Assembly: GCA_030018265.1 (NCBI GenBank)
Contig: JASEFX010000006.1
Location: forward strand, 23,476-87,475
DNA: 64,000 bases
Direction: 5' to 3'
Source of the DNA: Candidatus Saccharicenans sp.
Lineage (GTDB): Bacteria > Acidobacteriota > Aminicenantia > Aminicenantales > Saccharicenantaceae
The position numbers and the translations under genes are program-made. Position 1 is the first letter of the stretch. Each line of letters opens with the position of its first letter. The notes below the pieces were generated by a model, which searched no databases, was not told where the DNA came from, and saw only the letters and a list, made by a program, of their open reading frames with translations. Below are positions 10,414-21,747 of the stretch, piece after piece.

Positions 10414-11199
10414 TCAGAAAATAACTCTCAACAGGCGGGACCAGCGAACCTTGAAAAGGAAGCGGAAAAATTTCCTCACCCTGTCCTTCAACCCGTTTTT
10501 AAGATAGGCATCCTTTTCGGCTTCATAGGAAAAATAAATCAGCCAGGGGCGTCCCTTGATGTATGTGGTTGGCAGGAAGCTCCAGTACCGGCTGTCGAGA
10601 CTGTTATCCCTGTTATCCCCCATGACAAACACATGTCCGGGCGGAACGACCACCGGACCGTAATTATCTCTGATCACGTCATCATACTGGTAATGATTGT
10701 TCTTCTGGAATATCTGCGAGTCGTTGTGAACTTTATAATGTTCCTCCAGCGGCCGGTCGTTGATGAAAACTTCCTTATCTTTTATTTCCACCTTTTCGCC
10801 TTCCAGAGCGATAACCCTTTTGACAAAATCTTTGCTCAAATCCCTGGGAAACTTAAAAACCACGATGTCCTGTCTCTGGACTTTCCGCGCCGGCAGGATA
10901 AATGACTCCACCGCGCCTTGAGGACGGGCATAGACAAATTTGTTTACCAGAAGAAAATCACCCACCAGAAGCGTCGGTTCCATCGAGCCGGTGGGAATCT
11001 GAAAGGCCTGGACCACATAGGTCATGACAAAGAAAACAAAAACTGCCGTTTCAGCGATCAGTTCAAAATATTCCCGAAAAAGACTTTTCTCCCGTTCGGG
11101 CTTTTTATCCTTCTCTTTTATTTCTTCTATCTCTCTATCGATTTTTTTACCCAGCCTGGCCATAGCCTTTACCTTTATTTTTCCGATAATATACTCCAT
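10414..11199 (-). CDS. lepB: signal peptidase I
   Basis: 261 aa with a TM segment, catalytic Ser box GSMEPTL, Lys box VKRVIALEGE, and GDNRDNSLDSRYW. Confidence 0.9.
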   Translation of the reverse strand: MEYIIGKIKVKAMARLGKKIDREIEEIKEKDKKPEREKSLFREYFELIAETAVFVFFVMTYVVQAFQIPTGSMEPTLLVGDFLLVNKFVYARPQGAVESFILPARKVQRQDIVVFKFPRDLSKDFVKRVIALEGEKVEIKDKEVFINDRPLEEHYKVHNDSQIFQKNNHYQYDDVIRDNYGPVVVPPGHVFVMGDNRDNSLDSRYWSFLPTTYIKGRPWLIYFSYEAEKDAYLKNGLKDRVRKFFRFLFKVRWSRLLRVIF

Positions 11200-11306
11200 T
11201 TTTTAATCGGCTTCAATATAATTCAATATAAATAAATAATGTATAAAAGTTTGAAATTTTATCGGCCAAGCTTGACAGGCCCGCGGTTAAGAGTTTTACT
11301 TAAAAC

Positions 11307-13510
<2,204 letters not shown>

Positions 13511-13519
13511 GGAAAGAAA

Positions 13520-13870
13520 ATGACTTTTTTAACTTTTTTCAGCCTTTCTCAACAACAGACCGCACCCGCCGGACAGAGCGGTAACATGCTGGTGGGTTTG
13601 CTTCCGTTCATCCTGGTTTTCGTGATCTTTTATCTTCTGATTATCCTGCCGCAGAGGAAAAAACAGAAACAGCACCAGCAGATGATCAACAACCTGAAAC
13701 CCGGAGACCGGGTGATAACCAGCGGCGGCATCTTCGGAACGGTTATGGACGTTCATCCGGATCGAATAGAATTGAAAATTGCCGCCAACGTTAAAGTCGA
13801 TGTCCTGAAAAGCGCCATCGCCATCGTTCTGACTGAAAAGGAAAAATCGGAGGCCAGAGAAGCCACCTGA
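13520..13870 (+). CDS. yajC: preprotein translocase subunit YajC
   Basis: 116 aa with a single TM segment then PQRKKQKQHQQMINNLKPGDRVITSGGIFGTV. Position between tgt and secD is conserved. Confidence 0.85.
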   Translation: MTFLTFFSLSQQQTAPAGQSGNMLVGLLPFILVFVIFYLLIILPQRKKQKQHQQMINNLKPGDRVITSGGIFGTVMDVHPDRIELKIAANVKVDVLKSAIAIVLTEKEKSEAREAT

Positions 13871-13895
13871 TTTTTAATCAAATCCAGCAGAGAGA

Positions 13896-15440
13896 TTGGT
13901 CAAAATGAAAAAGAACCTCAAATGGAAACTGGCACTTATAATCGCAGTAACGGGACTCTGTCTTTTTTTGATCTATCCGCCAAAAGAAAAGATCAAGCTC
14001 GGTCTCGACCTTAAGGGCGGCACTCACCTGGTGCTTCAGGTTCTCACCGACGATGCCATAAACGTGGAAACAGACCAGATGCTGGCCAGGTTTGAAGAGG
14101 TTTTCAAGAAAAACAACATTTCCTTCACAGAAGCCACTAAAGAAAAACCTGGACGTTTCTTTTTCCGCGGGATTCCCTCTGACCAGGAATCAAAAGCAAG
14201 GGATCTGATCGACCAGTACACCAGGGACTGGGATTATTCTTTCAGCGGAGACCGTCTGATTTTCACCCTTAAACCACAGGCTGCTCTTTATCTTAGAGAC
14301 CAGGCCGTCACCCAGACGCTCGAGACCATCAGGAACAGGATCGACCAGTTTGGCGTGGCCGAGCCCATAATCCAGAGGCAGGGGTCAGACAGAATTGTGG
14401 TCGAGCTGCCGGGCGTGGAGGACCCCGAAAGGGTTAAGAACCTGATCAAGGTGACAGCTGTGCTGGAATTCAAGCTGGTAAAAGCAGGGCCGGCTCCTGA
14501 CGAGGAAACTCTACTCCGCGAATTCGGCGGACAGGTTCCTGAAGACGCTGAAGTGGTCAAGGCCGACCCGAGACGCGGAGTCCAGGGATATTATCTGGTA
14601 AGCAAGGTGGCGGCAGTTACCGGCAAGGACCTGAGGTCAGTGCGGCGCGGAGTTGATGAGTGGAATAACCCGGCTGTTCATTTCACCCTGACTCCTGATG
14701 GAGCCAAAAGGTTTGAGCAGGTGACGGGGCAGAATATAGGCAAACAGCTGGCCATCATCCTTGATGGTCGGGTTCAATCAGCTCCGGTCATTCAGGCAAG
14801 GATTTCCGACGCCGGCATTATCCAGGGCCGCTTTACTCCGGAAGAAGCCGATGACCTGGTGGTTATACTGAAAGCTGGAGCCTTGCCCGCCGGGATAAAA
14901 TATCTCGAAGAAAGAACTGTCGGCCCGACCCTCGGCTCTGATTCCATACGTCAGGGGTTGATCGCCGGACTTATTGCCATTTTCGCCGTTATGGCCTTTA
15001 TGATTTTTTACTATAAACTTTCAGGCATCAACGCCATCGTGGCCCTCATCCTTAACGAAATCATCATCTTCGGCGCGATGGCTTACTTCAGAGCTACTTT
15101 GACCCTTCCGGGTATCGCCGGTATCATTCTGGGAATCGGTATGGCCGTTGATGCCAACGTTCTTATTTTCGAAAGAATCAAAGAAGAGCTGGTCCTCGGA
15201 AAGAACGTGGCCAGCGCCATAGCCACAGGCTTTTCTCGCGCCTTTTCCGCCATCTTCGACTCGAACCTGACCACCATCATTTCCGCCGTTTTCCTCTTCC
15301 AGTTCGGAACAGGTCCGATTAAGGGATACGCCGTCACCCTGATCTGCAGCCTGGTGGCCAACCTTTTTACCGCTGTGTTCGTTTCAAGATTCATTTTTGA
15401 AGCTTTTGTTCCATCCAACGCCAAGAGGTTGAGTATCTAA
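13896..15440 (+). CDS. secD: protein translocase subunit SecD
   Basis: 514 aa with an N-terminal TM segment, a large periplasmic domain and a C-terminal 5-TM block. The track start is TTG at 13896; an ATG at 13905 (MKKNLKWK) is an alternative. Confidence 0.93.
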   Translation: MVKMKKNLKWKLALIIAVTGLCLFLIYPPKEKIKLGLDLKGGTHLVLQVLTDDAINVETDQMLARFEEVFKKNNISFTEATKEKPGRFFFRGIPSDQESKARDLIDQYTRDWDYSFSGDRLIFTLKPQAALYLRDQAVTQTLETIRNRIDQFGVAEPIIQRQGSDRIVVELPGVEDPERVKNLIKVTAVLEFKLVKAGPAPDEETLLREFGGQVPEDAEVVKADPRRGVQGYYLVSKVAAVTGKDLRSVRRGVDEWNNPAVHFTLTPDGAKRFEQVTGQNIGKQLAIILDGRVQSAPVIQARISDAGIIQGRFTPEEADDLVVILKAGALPAGIKYLEERTVGPTLGSDSIRQGLIAGLIAIFAVMAFMIFYYKLSGINAIVALILNEIIIFGAMAYFRATLTLPGIAGIILGIGMAVDANVLIFERIKEELVLGKNVASAIATGFSRAFSAIFDSNLTTIISAVFLFQFGTGPIKGYAVTLICSLVANLFTAVFVSRFIFEAFVPSNAKRLSI

Positions 15441-15441
15441 A

Positions 15442-16605
15442 ATGCGAATCTTCAAAAAAACCCCAAACATTCCTTTTCTCAAATACAAATGGTTTGCGCT
15501 GGCCCTCACCCTGGTCATCGTCACCGCCGGATTGATCAACATTCTGGCCGGGAAGGGCTTAAAGCTCGGTGTGGATTTTGGAGAAGGAACCCTTATCCGG
15601 GTGCATTTCCGCGAGCCGGTATCTGTTTCTGAAATAAGAAAGCTTCTGTCTGACGTCGGTCTGGGAGATAGCATCATTCAGGAAATCGGTAAGGAAGGCC
15701 GCGAATTCCAGATCCGGACGATGGAGAAAAGAACGACCACCCAGGAACAGGAAATCGAAAGCCATCAAATCCTGGCCGACAGGGTGATACGAGCGCTGCA
15801 GGATAAGGAAGATCTGGAAAAACTGGCCCTGGGTATGCTGGATTTGAATAATATCGACCGCAATACTCTGGCCAATCTTTTTCGGGAAATATCGCCTGAA
15901 AACGCAGAGGAGCTGGCGGGGAAAATAATTGAGTATCGCACTCTGCACGGGACGATTGCCAGATGGGAGGAACTAAAGAAAGAGCCGGTAAACCTGCCTG
16001 AAAACATAATCACTTTCCTTCAGGCGAAAACCTTCCTCGGGAAAATGACCATCCTCAGCCGGGAAACAGTCGGACCGCAGGTAGGAAAAGATTTGAGGAA
16101 AAAGGCTACCCAGGCGATAATCTGGTCCCTTATCGGTATGCTGGTTTACATCGCCTTTAGATTTAAAGGCATTGAATACGGAGCAGCCGCCATTTTCACT
16201 CTCACCCAGGACGTCCTGATCACTCTCAGTATCTACTCTTTCACCTCACGCGAGATAAACCTGCCGATTGTCGCCGGCATGCTGACGATAGTTGGTTATT
16301 CGATCAACGACACCATCGTCATTTTCGACCGTATCCGGGAACTCCAGCGAACGATGAAAAAAGAGCCCCTGGAAAACATAATGAATCTCTCCTTGAACCT
16401 GAACCTCTCGCGAACCCTGATCACTTCTGGAACCGTTTTCCTGACCATCCTCGCCCTTTATCTGTTTGGCGGTCCTGTTATCAACGATTTTGCTTTCCTG
16501 ATGCTCATCGGAACGGTGGAAGGCGTTTACTCCACCATCTTCCTGTCCTGTCCGGTAGTCCTTTTCTGGAACCGCTATCTTAAAAAGAAAAAATTGCATA
16601 AATAA
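15442..16605 (+). CDS. secF: protein translocase subunit SecF, with an extra ~65-aa insertion in the periplasmic domain
   Basis: 387 aa. The C-terminal TM block (INDTIVIFDRIRE) is typical of SecF. The protein appears some 60-80 aa longer than the usual SecF length as I recall it, because of the insertion at residues ~134-200 (see findings). Confidence 0.93.
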   Translation: MRIFKKTPNIPFLKYKWFALALTLVIVTAGLINILAGKGLKLGVDFGEGTLIRVHFREPVSVSEIRKLLSDVGLGDSIIQEIGKEGREFQIRTMEKRTTTQEQEIESHQILADRVIRALQDKEDLEKLALGMLDLNNIDRNTLANLFREISPENAEELAGKIIEYRTLHGTIARWEELKKEPVNLPENIITFLQAKTFLGKMTILSRETVGPQVGKDLRKKATQAIIWSLIGMLVYIAFRFKGIEYGAAAIFTLTQDVLITLSIYSFTSREINLPIVAGMLTIVGYSINDTIVIFDRIRELQRTMKKEPLENIMNLSLNLNLSRTLITSGTVFLTILALYLFGGPVINDFAFLMLIGTVEGVYSTIFLSCPVVLFWNRYLKKKKLHK

Positions 16606-16668
16606 ATTAATTTGACTTGTAAAAAAGGCAAAATTAATTTATACTTTAATCTTACCTAATCCTAAAGC

Positions 16669-17454
<786 letters not shown>

Positions 17455-17500
17455 GAAAGCTAAAAAATGGCTTTTGATATCTAAAAAGGAGGTTTAAGAC

Positions 17501-18175
17501 ATGCAATTTGGTTTGATTGAAATGTGGCAGGCCATGGGAGTTGTGGCAAAAACTGTTGCCATCATCCTGATCCTTCTGTCTGTGATCACCATTTATCTGT
17601 TCATCGAACGCAATCTGGTGTTCGCCCGGGCCAGAAAAAAATCTCTGGAAATTGCTCCAAAACTGGCTGACTTGATGAAAAACGGTCAGCTTAAAGAGGC
17701 TATGGCTCTGGCTTCCAAGAAAGAGTATAAGGTCAGCCATCTGGCCAGAGTGACCGCAGCTGGAATCGAAGAATTTCTGACCAGCAAAGAATCCAACCTG
17801 TCTCTTGAAGAACAGATCGAATCAGCTCAGAGAGGTTGCGATAGAGCTCGTTCCCTTTTCACTCAGGAACTCAGAAGAGGGCTGAGCCTTATGGCCACCA
17901 TTGCCACTTCGTCCCCCTTCATCGGACTTTTCGGAACCATTTTCGGAATCATCAACGCTTTCCGTGGAATGGCTCTCACCGGTTCCGGCGGAATCGGCGC
18001 GGTGGCTGCCGGTATTGCTGAGGCTCTGGTTACTACAGCTTTCGGCATCGGCGTTGCCGTCATCGCCCTCTGGACCTTCAACGCCCTCAATACGAAGATT
18101 GAAGTCTACAACACTGAGATGGAAAACACCACCTCTCAGATTGTCGACTTCTTCGTTCGTACTTCTGGCAAGTGA
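17501..18175 (+). CDS. exbB: MotA/TolQ/ExbB proton channel family protein
   Basis: 224 aa with three TM segments and PFIGLFGTIFGIINAF, typical of ExbB/TolQ. Sits between tonB and exbD. Confidence 0.85.
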   Translation: MQFGLIEMWQAMGVVAKTVAIILILLSVITIYLFIERNLVFARARKKSLEIAPKLADLMKNGQLKEAMALASKKEYKVSHLARVTAAGIEEFLTSKESNLSLEEQIESAQRGCDRARSLFTQELRRGLSLMATIATSSPFIGLFGTIFGIINAFRGMALTGSGGIGAVAAGIAEALVTTAFGIGVAVIALWTFNALNTKIEVYNTEMENTTSQIVDFFVRTSGK

Positions 18176-18209
18176 TGGCAAAATTGAAAATTTTTAAGAG
18201 AGGATAACA

Positions 18210-18650
18210 ATGGGTTTCACAGTATCGGTAAACGACAAAGAAACAGTAAAGTCTGAACCCAATGTTGTTCCTCTCTGTGACGTTCTTCTGGTTCTTTTAA
18301 TTATCTTCATGGTGGTTACACCCCTCGTTCAAAAGGGAGTGGATGTTCAACTTCCCTCAGCTCTCAACACCACCCAGATTCCTGAAAGTGGCACCAAGGT
18401 CGTGCTGTCGATAAAGGCAGATGGAGCGCTATTCCTTCAGATCGAGGGTCGCGAGAACAGAATTGCGCTGGAAGGACTGAATCAAGCCCTGGAAGAAGCT
18501 TTTCTGACTGCATCCGAAAAGAAGCTTTTTATCAGGGCTGACTCCAATCTGGAATTCGGCAAGATGGTCGATATCATCGATGCCATCCGTGAAGCCGGAA
18601 TTGAACTCATCGGTATTATCACAGAGAGGAAAGCGACTGAGGGTGAATAG
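18210..18650 (+). CDS. exbD: biopolymer transporter ExbD/TolR
   Basis: 146 aa; the N-terminal NVVPLCDVLLVLLIIFMV matches the ExbD TM signature. Confidence 0.85.
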   Translation: MGFTVSVNDKETVKSEPNVVPLCDVLLVLLIIFMVVTPLVQKGVDVQLPSALNTTQIPESGTKVVLSIKADGALFLQIEGRENRIALEGLNQALEEAFLTASEKKLFIRADSNLEFGKMVDIIDAIREAGIELIGIITERKATEGE

Positions 18651-18664
18651 TACCCCGTAATTCC

Positions 18665-19756
18665 TTAGCTCAGCCAGGGAAAGGGGAAGGCAATAAAGCG
18701 CCTTCCCCTTTTTATTTTCTGCATAAAGGCCTGCCATACCTCTGCAGATTCCATACATAAATAAAGCTTATCGGCCGCACCATAATCGGAAAAAATCTGA
18801 CTGATTTCTTCATAAAGATAGAGCCTCAAAGGTCTTGGATAACGATATTTGCCTTCCGGTGACCTGATGAATTCATGTTCATATATCATGCTTTCTGGAA
18901 AACGAAATCTGGCCAGCAACTTTAACCGATGCGGAAAACGCAGACTGCCAAGACTTATCCAGGCGATGGCTTCAGCTGGAATAATCTTAAAAATTGAGAC
19001 TATTACCTGAGAATATTCTTCCTTCCAGCCAGGATAATGAATTATCGGGTCAAAATGGAAACCCACCTGATAACCATGTTTGAAGGCCGCAGCCGCTGCC
19101 TCCAGCCTTTCCTTCAGGCTGGCCGTCCCCTTTTCCTCAGAGTCAATCACCGCCTGAGGGTTCAGAGACCAGGACAGAATTACATTCGCCGGAGGTTTCA
19201 CTTCGAGAAGAGGCTGTATCCGGGCCGATTTGCTTTTCAGCTCGAGCCACACTCCTTCTTTCCCTCGAAATAATTCAGTCAGGAAAATGGCATTGCTGGT
19301 GATAGAATCAAGACCGAGAGAATCGGCCAGCTCTCCGGTCCCAATCCTTATCGGTATCCTGCCCTTTTTCTGAAAAAACTCCTCAAGCTCCCTCTCCAGT
19401 CCGTCACGGTTTATAGCCACGGTCAGAGGCTGATAATTTAGATAGCTCTGGAGAACGCAATAGCTGCAGTCAAAAGGACAGTTAAGGTCAAGGTCAATAT
19501 TCCAGTAGCCGCAACTGACACAACCCGGACTGCAGGGACAGGGACGGATGAAGGAAAGTTGCTCGGTAAGGTACAGGTTCTTCTTGCTCTCCCCCACCGG
19601 ATCTGAAGCTAAACGAATAGCCCTCAGCACTCCTTCCAGACTGTCTACAACCTCTACATGACAACCGCCCAGCCTCTCGAGAATCTGGCGGGTTAAAGGA
19701 CGACTCTCCACTTTTCTGTCAACCCAGACCTTTTTTATCTGGAGTCTGTCCATCAA
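18665..19756 (-). CDS. spore-photoproduct-lyase (SPL/SplB) family radical SAM protein
   Basis: 363 aa with the radical SAM CxxxCxxC box in NCPFDCSYCVLQSY, preceded by the Cys-rich RPCPCSPGCVSCGYW box. The N-terminal KKVWVDRKVESRPLTRQILERL resembles SPL N-termini. Family assignment is from memory of SplB-like proteins, not from a search. Confidence 0.65.
   Translation of the reverse strand: MMDRLQIKKVWVDRKVESRPLTRQILERLGGCHVEVVDSLEGVLRAIRLASDPVGESKKNLYLTEQLSFIRPCPCSPGCVSCGYWNIDLDLNCPFDCSYCVLQSYLNYQPLTVAINRDGLERELEEFFQKKGRIPIRIGTGELADSLGLDSITSNAIFLTELFRGKEGVWLELKSKSARIQPLLEVKPPANVILSWSLNPQAVIDSEEKGTASLKERLEAAAAAFKHGYQVGFHFDPIIHYPGWKEEYSQVIVSIFKIIPAEAIAWISLGSLRFPHRLKLLARFRFPESMIYEHEFIRSPEGKYRYPRPLRLYLYEEISQIFSDYGAADKLYLCMESAEVWQAFMQKIKRGRRFIAFPFPWLS
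18681..18719 (+). terminator. rho-independent terminator of the tonB-exbB-exbD operon
   Basis: Perfect 11-bp stem AAGGGGAAGGC (18681-18691) / GCCTTCCCCTT (18700-18710) with an 8-nt loop, followed by TTTATTTTCT. The U-tail exists only in the + orientation. Confidence 0.75.
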
Positions 19757-20769
19757 TCTCCCCGGTAATTCAAAAGCTGAAATATGCTATCCCAGTTATT
19801 CAGGCTGAAATTTTCGGACAGGCTTTTGATAATTTCTTCAAGTTGCCCTGCAGAACGGGCTTCAAACGATATTTTTAGGCCGGGCTTTTCCAGAGTGGGG
19901 TCATAATCAACCTGCACCTTCAGCGGAAGCTTAAGCTCTTTTATCTTCTCAGAAATCTCCTCGCTCAACCGCGACCGGAGGGGACTGGTAATCTTCCTGA
20001 GCTCCGCCAGAAGCCGATCAAAAGCTGCACTCTCTCCCTTCCTCAGACTGCCGGTGATTCGATCGAGCCCTTTTTCCCTGACGATGATTTCAGGTCCGAC
20101 GCCGGTCAATTTTTTTACCGAATAAAAAGTTTCAACCAGTTCATGCTGCTGATTGTGCGTCAATCTCTCTATCAGCCGGAGCATCCAGTTTCTTTCTTCC
20201 GGCAGAAATCTCAGCCAGAGCTCAGCTGTCGCCTGTTTCCAGTCTTTCCTGTGAATCATCTCGATGGATTTGCCGTCAAGAGAAGAAATTTCCAGCAATA
20301 TCTCAAGGGTTTTTTTGAGCGGGGGAAGTTCCAGCAACGGAAGAATCCGCTCGATAATTTCTTCAGCCGGCAGATTAAACTCAAGAAACCTCCTGGCAGC
20401 CAGAGCTTTCTCGGCTAGAGAAAAACGATGCTGAGTGTAGTTGATAAAAAAAGCCAGTTGAAAAGCTCCAAGATCACCCATGCGGCTTTCTAACTCGAAA
20501 ACGGGGAGTTCCTCCATATGGCAGGACAGAGCAGCCTCGAGCCGCCTCCAGCCGTCGACCAGAATTAGCCTCCCCTCCCTCAGGATTACGAGCAATGGCT
20601 GCACGACTCCCGCTTCTTTTACACCAGTCAAAATCCTTTCATCGACTGGCTTCAGATTGAAGCGGAATCGATGGTCTTGCCGATCGATTTCAGATATTTT
20701 TACCGTTTTGAATTTCATGTTCATTGAATCAATTTTATGGCAGCTTGCCTGATTTGTAAAATTAGCCAA
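19753..20769 (-). CDS. ParB/sulfiredoxin N-terminal-domain protein with an uncharacterised helical C-terminal region
   Basis: 338 aa. VKISEIDRQDHRFRF...VVQPLLVILREGRLILVDGWRRLEAA has the ParB N-domain layout, with DGWRR in place of GERR. The stop overlaps the start of the radical SAM ORF by 4 nt. The start may be an internal Met near 20718. Confidence 0.6.
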   Translation of the reverse strand: MANFTNQASCHKIDSMNMKFKTVKISEIDRQDHRFRFNLKPVDERILTGVKEAGVVQPLLVILREGRLILVDGWRRLEAALSCHMEELPVFELESRMGDLGAFQLAFFINYTQHRFSLAEKALAARRFLEFNLPAEEIIERILPLLELPPLKKTLEILLEISSLDGKSIEMIHRKDWKQATAELWLRFLPEERNWMLRLIERLTHNQQHELVETFYSVKKLTGVGPEIIVREKGLDRITGSLRKGESAAFDRLLAELRKITSPLRSRLSEEISEKIKELKLPLKVQVDYDPTLEKPGLKISFEARSAGQLEEIIKSLSENFSLNNWDSIFQLLNYRGD

Positions 20770-20994
20770 TACAGGTTTCCTCAGGTCATTTCTGCCTTCG
20801 ACGGCCTTATCATTTATCCCGTATTCACGTTAAAATTTTCATTAACCGGCAAAAAAGCTGCAGGTAAATTTTTTAGCTATCTCAATTCTTTCTGGAAAAA
20901 CATCTCACCGGTCCGGCTGCTGTCTCGCTATACCGACGCATTCAGATACAACCCTTTTCCGGACACCATTTCCCTGCCTGAATGAACCAGAGAT

Positions 20995-21741
20995 TTGCCT
21001 GAAGCCTTTTTTTCTGGTAATTTCAGATATCCTATGGATAAATCAGCTTCAATAACACGTCCGGAGCTGAGCGGTCCGGCCCTGCCAGGTGGTCGTCTTG
21101 TTCTCATGCCTTTTTCTCCCGTTTCTGATTTCCTTCCGAGAGTTAACAGGAATGCCTGGCAGAAAATAAGAGTTCAGCCTGGAAAACTTCTTTATCTTAA
21201 TAAAACAGCCGTGCTGCTGGCCGGACCCGGCGCCCCGCTCTCTGTCATGGCTCTGGAAAAAGTTAGAAATCTGGGGTTAAAAGAAATTCTGGTCCTGAGT
21301 TATTGCGGTTCGCTTATAGAAAATCTCAGAACCGGCATGGCTCTTGTCGCCACCGGAGCCCTCAGCCAGGAAGGGACGTCATATCATTACGCTTGCTCCC
21401 GGCATGGACTTTATACCCCTGATAAAGAGATGTTGTATATGATAAAAAATACCCTGCAGAGGTTGCATCTGCCTTTTGCCTCCGGTTTTATAGTTTCCAC
21501 AGACGCTCCTTACAGAGAGACGGCATCCTGGCTGAAGAAGCTTCAGCGAAAAAAAATTGTCGCTGTCGATATGGAAATGTCAGCCGTGCTGGCCTTTGCC
21601 CGTTTCTACCGTCTGAAAGCGGCCGGTCTTTTCATAGTGACTGACGAGCTGTCTGCGAAAAAATGGGAAGACGGTTCGCGAAGTCAGGCGGTAAAATCAG
21701 CCACGGAAAAATACTTTTATCCGTTGATTTTTTCTGAATAG
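20995..21741 (+). CDS. PNP/UDP-1 family nucleoside phosphorylase or nucleosidase
   Basis: 248 aa. VAVDMEMSAVLAFA and FIVTDEL are typical of the purine/uridine phosphorylase and MTA/SAH nucleosidase fold. The start is uncertain (track start is TTG; Met at MDKSAS). Confidence 0.55.
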   Translation: MPEAFFSGNFRYPMDKSASITRPELSGPALPGGRLVLMPFSPVSDFLPRVNRNAWQKIRVQPGKLLYLNKTAVLLAGPGAPLSVMALEKVRNLGLKEILVLSYCGSLIENLRTGMALVATGALSQEGTSYHYACSRHGLYTPDKEMLYMIKNTLQRLHLPFASGFIVSTDAPYRETASWLKKLQRKKIVAVDMEMSAVLAFARFYRLKAAGLFIVTDELSAKKWEDGSRSQAVKSATEKYFYPLIFSE

Positions 21742-21747
21742 CGGGAG

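Noticed and set aside
20737-20985. 82-aa ORF in the divergent intergenic region between the ParB-like gene and the nucleoside-phosphorylase-like gene.
   Set aside because: No RBS and no recognisable motif, and it starts inside the ParB-like ORF on the opposite strand. Most likely a chance ORF in a promoter region.
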